A stretch of DNA of 64,000 nt from Thermoproteota archaeon (GTDB lineage Archaea; Thermoproteota; Thermoprotei; Gearchaeales; Gearchaeaceae). Made by a program: the position numbers and the translations under genes. Numbering within the stretch: position 1 is the stretch's first letter; every line of letters begins with the position of its first letter. The stretch is taken from assembly GCA_021324265.1 (NCBI GenBank), contig JAJPJK010000009.1, forward strand, positions 802-64,801, in the 5' to 3' direction. The notes beneath the pieces were generated by a model that saw nothing but the letters and a program-made list of their open reading frames with translations, was not told where the DNA came from and did not search any database. Positions 28,690 to 37,394 of this stretch are shown here, one piece after another.

Positions 28690-30087
28690 ATGACAAAAGT
28701 AGAGCTCAGTTTTGATTATAGTAAGTACAATTTCAGAGACTATGTAGAATATGAGGTCAAATTCCCTAAAGGCTTAACAGAAGAGATTGTAAGGGAGATT
28801 TCGAGGATAAAGGACGAGCCTTCATGGATGGAGGAATTCAGAGTTAAGGCTTATAGGATCTTCGCAGAAAAGCCCATGCCAACATGGGGTGTAGATCTAT
28901 CTTCGATAAACTTCGATGAGTTTTGCTACTATGCAAGACCTACGAGCAAGAAGGGTAGGAGCTGGGAAGAAGTACCAGATTACATAAAGAGGACGTTCGA
29001 AGCTTTAGGTATACCAGAAGCTGAGAGGAAATTCCTAGCAGGCGTTGGTGCACAATACGAGTCAGAGGTTGTATATCACAACATAAAGAAAGAGCTAGAA
29101 AAACTAGGAGTTGTGTTCTTAGATACGGATACTGCACTTAAGGAGTATCCTGAAATCTTCAAGAAGTACTTCGGGACTGTTGTACCGCCTAATGATAATA
29201 AGTTCGCAGCACTAAACTCAGCGGTATGGAGTGGAGGTTCTTTCATATATGTCCCAGAGGGAGTAAAAGTAGATTTGCCTTTACAGGCATATTTCAGGAT
29301 AAATGCCCAAAACATGGGGCAGTTCGAGAGGACGCTAATCATAGCTGAGCCTTATAGCGAGGTTCACTACATTGAGGGCTGCACTGCTCCAATTTATGCG
29401 AGCAATTCTCTTCATTCAGCTGTAGTTGAGATCATCGCAAAGAAAGGAGCGAAAGTTCGCTATACTACAATCCAAAACTGGTCTGTAGATGTTTATAACC
29501 TAGTAACGAAGAGGGCTCATGCCTATGAGGCAGCTACGGTTGAATGGGTAGACGCCAATATAGGGAGCAAGGCTACGATGAAGTATCCATCAGTTTATTT
29601 ATTGGGTAAGTATGCAAGAGGTGAAGTATTATCTGTAGCCTTCGCAGGAAGAGGACAGCACCAAGATACAGGTTCAAAGATGTTCCATCTTGCTCCATAT
29701 ACATCTTCAAGAATTACTGCGAAATCTGTTTCAAAAGATGGAGGTAGGACTTCTTATAGAGGACTCGTACATGTTGCAAAAGGAGCAAGGGGTGTGAAGT
29801 CCAGTGTGAGATGCGATGCACTCTTGCTGGATGAGAAGTCCAAGACTGATACATATCCTTATAACGAAATCCTCGAAGACGATGCGACTGTTACCCATGA
29901 AGCTACAGTTGGAAAAATAAGCGATGACCAGCTTTTCTATCTCATGTCTAGAGGTATCTCAGAGACTGAAGCATTGAACATGATCGTACTCGGATTCTTC
30001 GAACCCTTCATAAAGGAATTGCCAATGGAATATGCTGTTGAGATGAACAGACTTCTAAGACTTGAGATGACAGGAGCAGTAGGCTAG
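28690..30087 (+). CDS. sufB: Fe-S cluster assembly protein SufB
   Basis: 465 aa. [37 protein letters not shown] motifs. Confidence 0.95.
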   Translation: MTKVELSFDYSKYNFRDYVEYEVKFPKGLTEEIVREISRIKDEPSWMEEFRVKAYRIFAEKPMPTWGVDLSSINFDEFCYYARPTSKKGRSWEEVPDYIKRTFEALGIPEAERKFLAGVGAQYESEVVYHNIKKELEKLGVVFLDTDTALKEYPEIFKKYFGTVVPPNDNKFAALNSAVWSGGSFIYVPEGVKVDLPLQAYFRINAQNMGQFERTLIIAEPYSEVHYIEGCTAPIYASNSLHSAVVEIIAKKGAKVRYTTIQNWSVDVYNLVTKRAHAYEAATVEWVDANIGSKATMKYPSVYLLGKYARGEVLSVAFAGRGQHQDTGSKMFHLAPYTSSRITAKSVSKDGGRTSYRGLVHVAKGARGVKSSVRCDALLLDEKSKTDTYPYNEILEDDATVTHEATVGKISDDQLFYLMSRGISETEALNMIVLGFFEPFIKELPMEYAVEMNRLLRLEMTGAVG

Positions 30088-30094
30088 ATTTTTT

Positions 30095-31492
30095 ATGAGC
30101 CTAAATTTCGATTCTAATATCCTAAAGGAGATAAGCTACTATACTAGCGAGCCATCATGGCTAAGAGAAGAGCGCTATAGAGCATGGGAGATATACAACA
30201 AACTACCTATAGAGATTTCTCCTCTTTATGTAAAGCACCATGATATTACTAAAGTTAATCTAGAACAAGCAAGATTTGAGCTTAAGACAGAGCTTAATAA
30301 AAGCGAAGAAATCGATGCACTCTTGGATCAAATATCCTCATTGCCCTTCATTTCATTAAAGGATGGAGAAGTATACAAGATAAATATACCCCAGCCATTG
30401 AAGGAGAAGGGACTTGAGATACATAGCATAAGAGATTTGCTCAATGATGAAGATAACGCTAAGAAGCTTTTGAGTCTTAAGAGTCTAAAACCTGAAGAAG
30501 ATAAATTTCAGGCATTCAATGATGCATTCTTCAGCTCAGGCTTTTATATAAGCGTCCCAAGCGGACTCATCCTAAAGCTCCCGCTAAGAATAATAAATTT
30601 CCAGAGTGAGGAAGGAAGGATTAAGGCAATAAAGAACTTCATAAATGTTGGAGCGGATAGCAGAATAACGATACTTGAAGAGAACTATTCCTTAAAGGAA
30701 GATTTGAAACAATCGCTTTACAGCCTTAATCTCAATCTTAACTTGGGAGAAGCAGCTGAGGTTGAATATATACTTATAAACGATTTCAACAAACAAACTA
30801 ACTATTTCGTGAATAGAAGAGCAGCATGCAATAAAGATGCAAGGATAACATGGGTTATATTGAACTTTGGAACGCTTACAACTAGGGCTAAAACTGATAA
30901 TGCGATGAATGAGCAAGGAGTGATATCCAACATGAACGAAATCGTCGTTGGCGATGCTCAACAGGTATTCGATCTCACGACATACCTATCTCACAATGCA
31001 CCTTTCACAAAAGGTGTATCTATGACAAAAGGTGTGCTTAAAGATGAATCTAGAGCATTATTCAAAGGCCTCATAATCATCGAAGAGAATGCTAAGAATG
31101 CAGATGCCTATCTAGCTGAGCATGCGATGATACTCAACAGAGGAGCGAGAGCAGATTCGATACCAGGATTGGAGATAAAGAACAATGAAGTTAGAGCTAC
31201 GCACAGCGCATCTGTAGCGCAAGTGGATGAAGAGCAGATATTTTATCTCATGAGCCGAGGTCTTAGCGAAGATGAAGCCAAAAAATTCCTTACGATAGCT
31301 TTCTTCCAACCGCTCATAGATCAAATCCCTGCTGAGCTCATAAAAGAAGAGATAGCCAATCTCATAGAGAACAAACTCGAAAACAAGAAAAGGAGTATAA
31401 AGGAGAAGTTCATCATTACTGAGGAGCTTAAAGAAGTAAAGACTGTTTCACCTGAGAAGCTCTTCGAAACGCATTATAAATATAGGAAGTAA
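30095..31492 (+). CDS. sufD: Fe-S cluster assembly protein SufD
   Basis: SufB/D-family paralog immediately after sufB. ATHSASVAQVDEEQIFYLMSRGL. Confidence 0.85.
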   Translation: MSLNFDSNILKEISYYTSEPSWLREERYRAWEIYNKLPIEISPLYVKHHDITKVNLEQARFELKTELNKSEEIDALLDQISSLPFISLKDGEVYKINIPQPLKEKGLEIHSIRDLLNDEDNAKKLLSLKSLKPEEDKFQAFNDAFFSSGFYISVPSGLILKLPLRIINFQSEEGRIKAIKNFINVGADSRITILEENYSLKEDLKQSLYSLNLNLNLGEAAEVEYILINDFNKQTNYFVNRRAACNKDARITWVILNFGTLTTRAKTDNAMNEQGVISNMNEIVVGDAQQVFDLTTYLSHNAPFTKGVSMTKGVLKDESRALFKGLIIIEENAKNADAYLAEHAMILNRGARADSIPGLEIKNNEVRATHSASVAQVDEEQIFYLMSRGLSEDEAKKFLTIAFFQPLIDQIPAELIKEEIANLIENKLENKKRSIKEKFIITEELKEVKTVSPEKLFETHYKYRK

Positions 31493-31794
31493 TGCAGCTA
31501 AGACTTTGCAAGCTCAGCGATCTAAAGGATGAAGAAATTAAAGGCTTCGATTTGCAAGGAAAGCATTTAATAGCGATAAGGAAAGGGAATGAAGTCTTTG
31601 TTCTGGATGGTATTTGCACACATGAAGAATATGATTTAGCAAATGGCTTTTTGCTTGAGGATAGGGTAATATGCCCTCTACACTTATCACAGTTTGATAT
31701 AAGGACAGGAAAAGTAGTTAATCCACCTGCAGAAAAACCGCTGAGAACATATAGCGTGAAGATCGTTGAAGGAGAAGTTTACATTGAGTTATAG
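31492..31794 (+). CDS. Rieske [2Fe-2S] ferredoxin-like protein
   Basis: CTHEEYDL (CxH) and CPLHLSQF (CxxH) ligand boxes; 100 aa. ATG overlaps the sufD stop by 1 nt. Confidence 0.8.
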   Translation: MQLRLCKLSDLKDEEIKGFDLQGKHLIAIRKGNEVFVLDGICTHEEYDLANGFLLEDRVICPLHLSQFDIRTGKVVNPPAEKPLRTYSVKIVEGEVYIEL

Positions 31795-31823
31795 ATATAT
31801 TCAAGTTCTTCCTTTTTAATGAC

Positions 31824-32225
31824 ATGAACGAATATTACTACGAGCTCATCCTCGATCATTGGAGATATCCTAGGAACAAAGGCAAGATGAAGGATCCAGA
31901 TGCATATGCCTTCGATTCCAATCCTTTATGTGGCGATGAAGTAGAGTATGCACTGAAACTTGATGATAACAAAAGGGTCATCGATATTAAATTCGATGGC
32001 CACGGATGTGCACTTAGCCAAGCTTCAGCTTCAATACTTAGCGAGCTCGTTAAAGGTAAGACAATCGAGGAAATAAAGAACATGACGAAGGAGGAATTGT
32101 TGCGGGAGCTTGGAAATCCCAATTTGGGGCCTACAAGGATAAAGTGTGCTTTGCTCTCATATAAAACGCTTAAGCTCGCGGTATATTCCTATCTAGGAAA
32201 GAAGCTCCAAGAGGAAATATACTGA
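31824..32225 (+). CDS. sufU: SufU/IscU-type Fe-S scaffold protein
   Basis: NPLCGDEV, GHGCALSQASAS, IKCALL conserved Cys motifs. Confidence 0.8.
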   Translation: MNEYYYELILDHWRYPRNKGKMKDPDAYAFDSNPLCGDEVEYALKLDDNKRVIDIKFDGHGCALSQASASILSELVKGKTIEEIKNMTKEELLRELGNPNLGPTRIKCALLSYKTLKLAVYSYLGKKLQEEIY

Positions 32226-32260
32226 AAGTTTAAAAGTTTTCTAATTGCCATATTTATTGG

Positions 32261-32361
32261 GCAGGGGTTCCCTAGCCTGGTCAAAGGGGCGGGGCTTAGG
32301 ATGCTATGCATAAGACACCCCGTGGCTTAGGCCTTCGTGGGTTCAAATCCCACCCCCTGCA
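32261..32361 (+). tRNA. tRNA-Leu (UAG) with 16-nt intron at canonical 37/38 position
   Basis: 101 nt. Acceptor GCAGGGG/CCCCTGC, D stem CCCT/AGGG, anticodon stem CGGGG/CCCCG interrupted after CTTAGG(A) by about 32301-32316, long variable arm TGGCTTAGGCCTTC, T arm GTGGG-TTCAAAT-CCCAC. Confidence 0.85.
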
Positions 32362-32396
32362 TAAGTTTATAATTTTATAAACTATTTTTCTCTCTC

Positions 32397-34217
32397 ATGT
32401 GCAGAATATGCGCAGCTGTATTTCAGGCTGATAACGTTGCTCCTTTATTACATGCTGGACTTAAGCGCCTCGAATACGGTGGCTACGACAGCGCAGGCAT
32501 CGCAACGCTTCATGGCGGAAAGCTCTATATTAAGAAGGATAAGGGCAAGATAGATGAAATACATCAAGCACTAAATCTCGATGATTTGCCAGGAAGCATA
32601 GGGATCGCACATACTAGATGGGCTACACATGGAGCACCTAGTAAGGTAAATGCACATCCGCATACTGATTGCAAGGGAGAAATAGCAGTTGTGCACAATG
32701 GCATTATAGAGAATTTTTTGGAGCTCAAACAAGAGCTCGAGAATCTAAGGCATGTATTCATTTCTCGAACAGATACTGAAGTAATTCCTCATCTCATAGA
32801 GGAATATTATAAAAGGACGAACAATTTCAGGGAAGCATGCTTCCAAGCGCTCAGGAGGCTTCAGGGAACATTTGCAATAGCAATACTTTCAAGATATGCC
32901 AAGGATATGATCGTTGTAGCGAGGAAAGGTTCACCGCTCTTATTGGGCATAGGTAATGGTTTTAACTTCGCAGCTTCCGATGCTATTGCTTTCCTAGATA
33001 AGACGAAGACGAGCATACCTCTTGAAGATGGAGATATCGCTTTTTTGAGTTCTAGCTCTTATGAGATATACAGGATCGAAGATGCTACGCCAGTCAAGAG
33101 GAAAACAATAACGATTGACTGGGATCTGCAACAAGCAAGCAAGGAGGGATATGAGCACTTCATGCTCAAGGAAATCATGGAGCAGCCATATACTATGAGG
33201 CTCTCTTTAGGTGCACAGAAACAATACGTAGATTTGCTCGCAGAATTCATGGAAAAATCTTCCAAGAACTTTTTAGTTGCCGCTGGGACATCTTACCACT
33301 CATGCGTAGCAGCTTCATATCTCTATTCAAGGCTTGCAAATCTAGCAACGATACCTGTAATTGCTTCAGAATTCATTGAGCAATATGGCAATGCCATAGA
33401 TGTCAATACAACAATTTTGTTCGTTTCCCAATCAGGAGAAACATATGATGTCATAAATGCAGCTGATTTCGCTAGGAAAAAGGCATGTACAGTGCTGGGA
33501 ATATGTAATGTAATAGGATCCACCCTAACGAGGATGGTAAGAGCGTATGTGCATCAGCAATCCGGCCCTGAGATAGGCGTAGCTGCAACGAAAACATATA
33601 CTTCGCAGCTCATAATACATCTCTTACTTTCTATAAGCCTAGCTAAAAAAAGAGGTAAGATATCGCAGAGCGAAATGGATGACATAAAGGAAACGATAAA
33701 TGAGCTGCCAAGCTTGGCTGAGCAAATCTTGATATCCAAACAGAAAGAAATGCTTGAGGTATCGAAGTTGATAATGAATAAAAATCATGTATTCTTCCTT
33801 GCAAGAGGAATGAACTATGCTACGGCGCTAGAAGGAAGGCTGAAGCTATTGGAAATAGCATACATACCGAGTACAGCATATCCTGCTGGCGAATCAAAGC
33901 ACGGGCCAATAAGCTTGATAGAAGAAGGAGTCCCAGTGATTTTCATCGCGCCAAATGATGAAACGCGAAAACTTTTGATAGGCAATATAATGGAAATGAA
34001 GGCGAGAAAAGCTACGATAATTACACTGGGCGAGGAAGGAGATAGCGAGCTAATGCAGCTAAGCGATCACTACATTGCTATGCCAAGAATGCTGCCCATC
34101 ATAACGCCTATACTTTACATCATGCCTCTTCAATTATTGGCATATTATACAGCAGTAAACAAAGGATTAGATCCAGATAAGCCAAGAAATCTCGCGAAAT
34201 CTGTAACTGTGCTCTAA
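32397..34217 (+). CDS. glmS: glutamine--fructose-6-phosphate aminotransferase
   Basis: Cys2 Ntn amidotransferase, HTRWATHG, two SIS domains, conserved C-terminus DKPRNLAKSVTV. Confidence 0.95.
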   Translation: MCRICAAVFQADNVAPLLHAGLKRLEYGGYDSAGIATLHGGKLYIKKDKGKIDEIHQALNLDDLPGSIGIAHTRWATHGAPSKVNAHPHTDCKGEIAVVHNGIIENFLELKQELENLRHVFISRTDTEVIPHLIEEYYKRTNNFREACFQALRRLQGTFAIAILSRYAKDMIVVARKGSPLLLGIGNGFNFAASDAIAFLDKTKTSIPLEDGDIAFLSSSSYEIYRIEDATPVKRKTITIDWDLQQASKEGYEHFMLKEIMEQPYTMRLSLGAQKQYVDLLAEFMEKSSKNFLVAAGTSYHSCVAASYLYSRLANLATIPVIASEFIEQYGNAIDVNTTILFVSQSGETYDVINAADFARKKACTVLGICNVIGSTLTRMVRAYVHQQSGPEIGVAATKTYTSQLIIHLLLSISLAKKRGKISQSEMDDIKETINELPSLAEQILISKQKEMLEVSKLIMNKNHVFFLARGMNYATALEGRLKLLEIAYIPSTAYPAGESKHGPISLIEEGVPVIFIAPNDETRKLLIGNIMEMKARKATIITLGEEGDSELMQLSDHYIAMPRMLPIITPILYIMPLQLLAYYTAVNKGLDPDKPRNLAKSVTVL

Positions 34218-34442
34218 ATCCTTTCCATCCAAAAGTTATTGTATCTTGAACCATTTGTTTGTCTTTCAATAAGCATTGCAATGAATTATCTTCTATTTGA
34301 TTATTTAAATTTTTGAAAAACTAGCGAGCGAGCCTAAGGAGTTTGGCCTGATTTTCCTTAAAAAATTGTTACATTGGATCTCAAGAGACCATATGAGCAT
34401 GAATGAATCATTGAACTATGAAAAAAGTTTTATATTTTGAAA

Positions 34443-34499
34443 TGAGCACTGGGAATAAATAGTAAAGGATTAGCTTTAGATGAAGCTGGCCAGTGCTCA
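34443..34499. repeat. perfect 10-bp inverted repeat (TGAGCACTGG / CCAGTGCTCA) with 37-nt loop containing a nested 5-bp hairpin
   Basis: Read directly. Arms at 34443-34452 and 34490-34499. Inner AGCTT..AAGCT. Located in the 357-bp spacer between glmS and the accessory cluster. Confidence 0.6.
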
Positions 34500-34574
34500 A
34501 TAAATGAAGCTAAAGGCCACTATCTTTAAATATAGTTAGATTTATATCCTCCAGCCGAATAATATAAAAGGATC

Positions 34575-34901
34575 ATGCTCACGTACCTCGATATATATTC
34601 AACTTATAAAAATTTGATTCGTAAAAAGTTGTGGAATAGATTAGATAAATTTGATAAAGCTTTTGTGTTATCATGTTTGAAACTAAGTAAAATTAAAAAG
34701 ATTTTCAATTTTGAGATCATAAATACATTTAAAAATATAATAAGTAAAATAGCTAACTTCAGAAGCCGCATGACAGAAAAGGGTAGGAAAATAGCAGAGA
34801 ATGCAATGACAGGAAGCGTAGCGATGATACTTGGAAAGCTCAGAGATTGGTATCACGACTCGAATTACCAATTTTGGCTAGGTCTAGCGCTTACAAAATA
34901 A
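34575..34901 (+). CDS. hypothetical protein (108 aa)
   Basis: First ORF of the all-plus-strand cluster; basic, Lys-rich. No motif recognised. Confidence 0.35.
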   Translation: MLTYLDIYSTYKNLIRKKLWNRLDKFDKAFVLSCLKLSKIKKIFNFEIINTFKNIISKIANFRSRMTEKGRKIAENAMTGSVAMILGKLRDWYHDSNYQFWLGLALTK

Positions 34902-34923
34902 CACTTGTATAGAGGAATTTAAA

Positions 34924-35388
34924 TTGAAAAGAAAATTTATATTGTTATCAATATTTTTATTATTCATTATATTAAGTATAAATATTAAAATATTAAATGC
35001 TCAAAACGATAACTTTTTAGATCAATTCGAAAAAGCTTATACAGCGCTATACAATGCAGAGCTCAATGGAGGAAATATAACGGAGCTTTACTACAAATTG
35101 AACCAATCCTTAGCTATCTATGAAGAAGCTCAGCAATATAAGCAAAGAAATAGCACGCTTTACAACGAGCTCATCGATAATGCTACAAAGATATTGAATG
35201 AGGTAATGAGCAATGTTGCAAATGTTGAAGCACAAGGAATTGCTACTACCAATAATAGAATACTAGATTTTTCGCTAGAAATGGTTTCCTTAGTAATAGC
35301 GGGAATATTAGTCTACATCTACATGCCAAGGATAACGCTCTACATATGGTTAAAGATCCATTCGAAGTGGAAGGTTGTTAAGAAATGA
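34924..35388 (+). CDS. secreted, C-terminally anchored helical protein (154 aa)
   Basis: TTG start. Signal peptide MKRKFILLSIFLLFIILSINIKILNA-Q. 4 N-x-S/T sequons. C-terminal TM SLVIAGILVYIYM. Confidence 0.5.
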   Translation: MKRKFILLSIFLLFIILSINIKILNAQNDNFLDQFEKAYTALYNAELNGGNITELYYKLNQSLAIYEEAQQYKQRNSTLYNELIDNATKILNEVMSNVANVEAQGIATTNNRILDFSLEMVSLVIAGILVYIYMPRITLYIWLKIHSKWKVVKK

Positions 35389-35873
35389 TAGAAGAGAAGA
35401 TCACTTTAGCAACGCTAGCAATAATAGCGTTAATAGCCTTGGCGCTCATATTTCAGTTCGTCAATCCAAGCTTTTCCGAGCCCTTTTCTGAGCTCGCCAT
35501 ACTAGGCCCTGACATGAAGCTAACAGGCTACCCCCACGAAGTATCTGTAGGAGAGAACTTCACGCTTTATTTATTTGTTGGCAACCATGAAGGACATACG
35601 ATGTTCTATGAAGTTATGGTAAAGTTGGTAAACAACCAAACAACGCTTAGCACATCGAGCCCACTAAATGCTAGCGTGCTAGCTACTTATTACTTCATAA
35701 TCATGAACAACCAGAACGCAACCAAAAAGATTGTGCTTTCAATACCATATGAAGGAACGAATTTGAGGCTCGTCTTCGAACTCTGGGCCTTCTCAGCATC
35801 GAGCAACTCATTCTATTATAAAGGCATCTCGACGTATATCTGGCTTAACGTAACAGCTAGTAAGAGTGTCTGA
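35385..35873 (+). CDS. membrane-anchored protein matching the extracellular half of DUF1616
   Basis: N-terminal TM, then FSELAILGPDMKLTGYPHEVSVGENFTLYLFVGNHEGHTMFYEVMVKL. This resembles the TEFYILG...YP...GNHE... block of DUF1616 as I recall it. 5 sequons. Confidence 0.5.
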   Translation: MIEEKITLATLAIIALIALALIFQFVNPSFSEPFSELAILGPDMKLTGYPHEVSVGENFTLYLFVGNHEGHTMFYEVMVKLVNNQTTLSTSSPLNASVLATYYFIIMNNQNATKKIVLSIPYEGTNLRLVFELWAFSASSNSFYYKGISTYIWLNVTASKSV

Positions 35874-36444
35874 AAAGGAAATAGAAAACTATATCCTGAA
35901 AGCTTCAAGTAAGGTAGCCACGCTTGTTGATCTCGTAGAAGAAACTTCTAGGGCATTTTCTATACCTAAGTACAAAGTCCTGAGAGTTCTGAGCAGGCTA
36001 GTGGACGAAGAGAAGATATACATTCAGAATCCAAAAATTCCAAATTCTTTTATGCAATATCTCCTATCCTCATATTCGCAATGGTTTTTACTAGTTGTTT
36101 TAGCAGATTTCATGACATTGGCATCGATATACCTATTGCCTCAGACCTTTCCTGTAATACTAATAAGATATTTTTTCTCAGGGCTTTTCCTGCTCTACCT
36201 CCCAGGCTACACTCTCATAGAGGCTCTTTTCCCAAAGAAGGAAGATATGGGAAGCATAGAGAGATTCGCGCTTTCCGTGAGTTTAAGCCTCGCCATTGCA
36301 CCGCTAATAGGATATATTTTCAATTTCACAGTATGGGGCATAAGGCTAGAACCTATAGCTACAGCACTGACCATATGGATAATGTGCTTTGCTATACTAG
36401 CGCTGATGAGAAAATATTATTACTTCAGACTCGCTAATATTTAG
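35866..36444 (+). CDS. wHTH-like N-terminus plus membrane half of DUF1616
   Basis: GTG start. LPGYTLIEALFPKKEDMGSIERFALSVSLSLAIAPLIGYIFNFTVWGIRLEP matches the DUF1616 PGY...ALFP...IER...TPWGIRL membrane block. Confidence 0.55.
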   Translation: MSEKEIENYILKASSKVATLVDLVEETSRAFSIPKYKVLRVLSRLVDEEKIYIQNPKIPNSFMQYLLSSYSQWFLLVVLADFMTLASIYLLPQTFPVILIRYFFSGLFLLYLPGYTLIEALFPKKEDMGSIERFALSVSLSLAIAPLIGYIFNFTVWGIRLEPIATALTIWIMCFAILALMRKYYYFRLANI

Positions 36445-36447
36445 CGC

Positions 36448-37155
36448 ATGCGCAGTATAAACTCCATATTGGGCTTATCATTTTCAGTATTCGGTGCATT
36501 ATTCGCAATTTTCAATTACTTTATAACTTACAGTGCACCGCTTATTTCGACAGGCCTAGCCATCATGATCATAGGAATAGCTCTAAGCCTAATTCCTGAT
36601 TCTTCTATAACCCAAAGAACTCTCAAGAGCATGCTTCACAGCTCAATGTTAAATATTGAGGCCATACTGGAACACTTCGATATCAAGAATAGCGCAGTTT
36701 ATGTCCCCACAAAAGATAAAAATGTTGTAGCGTACATACCTATCTATACTAACCCTCATACTCCTAGCATTGAATCATATTATAATGCACCTAAGTCAAT
36801 ACTCACAAGGCTAGGTGATACACCTGCAATCATGATATTACCTCCGGCCTCCGAAATTACTCAGTCAGAGGAAATTTCTAGAGAGGCCAGCCTAGAGGAA
36901 AGTTTGAATTATATCATATGTGAATTATGCGAATTGAGCGACTCCGTAAAATTGGTAGAAAAAGGAGATGAGATCATTCTGGAATTTAAAAATATAAAAT
37001 TCATGCCAGAAGCTGCGAGATTTAAGCTCTGTTTAGGATCTTTGCATAGCAGCATCGCAGCATGCGTGATTGCCATTGAAAAAGAAAGAGCAGTTTCAAT
37101 AATTGAAGATAATGGAGATTTGAGAAAAAACATCGTTAAAATGAAACTATACTGA
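36448..37155 (+). CDS. membrane protein (2 N-terminal TM helices plus about 170-aa soluble domain), unknown function
   Basis: Hydrophobic N-terminus LGLSFSVFGALFAIF / LISTGLAIMIIGIALSLI. 3-nt gap from the upstream gene. Confidence 0.45.
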   Translation: MRSINSILGLSFSVFGALFAIFNYFITYSAPLISTGLAIMIIGIALSLIPDSSITQRTLKSMLHSSMLNIEAILEHFDIKNSAVYVPTKDKNVVAYIPIYTNPHTPSIESYYNAPKSILTRLGDTPAIMILPPASEITQSEEISREASLEESLNYIICELCELSDSVKLVEKGDEIILEFKNIKFMPEAARFKLCLGSLHSSIAACVIAIEKERAVSIIEDNGDLRKNIVKMKLY

Positions 37156-37394
37156 TGGAAAGAAGTTATCAGTTCATATTCGCCTTAATGGTCTTGATGT
37201 TTGCGAGCATTGTAGTTCTAGAGCTAGAAAACGTTACGGACCTGGGAGTGTATCTTACAGTTTTCGCTTTTGAGTACATAGTCCTAGATGAAATGTTTAA
37301 AGTCAGAAAAATAGCCTTTGATTTCCTTAAATTAGCACTATTTGTTATTTTTGTATACATCGTCGCTATTAGAATTATTAACATATTAGTTTGA
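37155..37394 (+). CDS. small membrane protein (79 aa)
   Basis: Hydrophobic segments FIFALMVLMFASIVVL, YLTVFAFEYIVL and LALFVIFVYIVAI. 1-nt overlap upstream and 4-nt overlap downstream. Confidence 0.4.
   Translation: MERSYQFIFALMVLMFASIVVLELENVTDLGVYLTVFAFEYIVLDEMFKVRKIAFDFLKLALFVIFVYIVAIRIINILV

Noticed and set aside
36081-36437. 118-aa plus-strand ORF in an alternative frame of the DUF1616 membrane-half gene
   Set aside because: It lies fully inside a frame that carries a recognisable conserved motif. Its own translation is Arg/His/Ser-rich with no motif. It is judged spurious.
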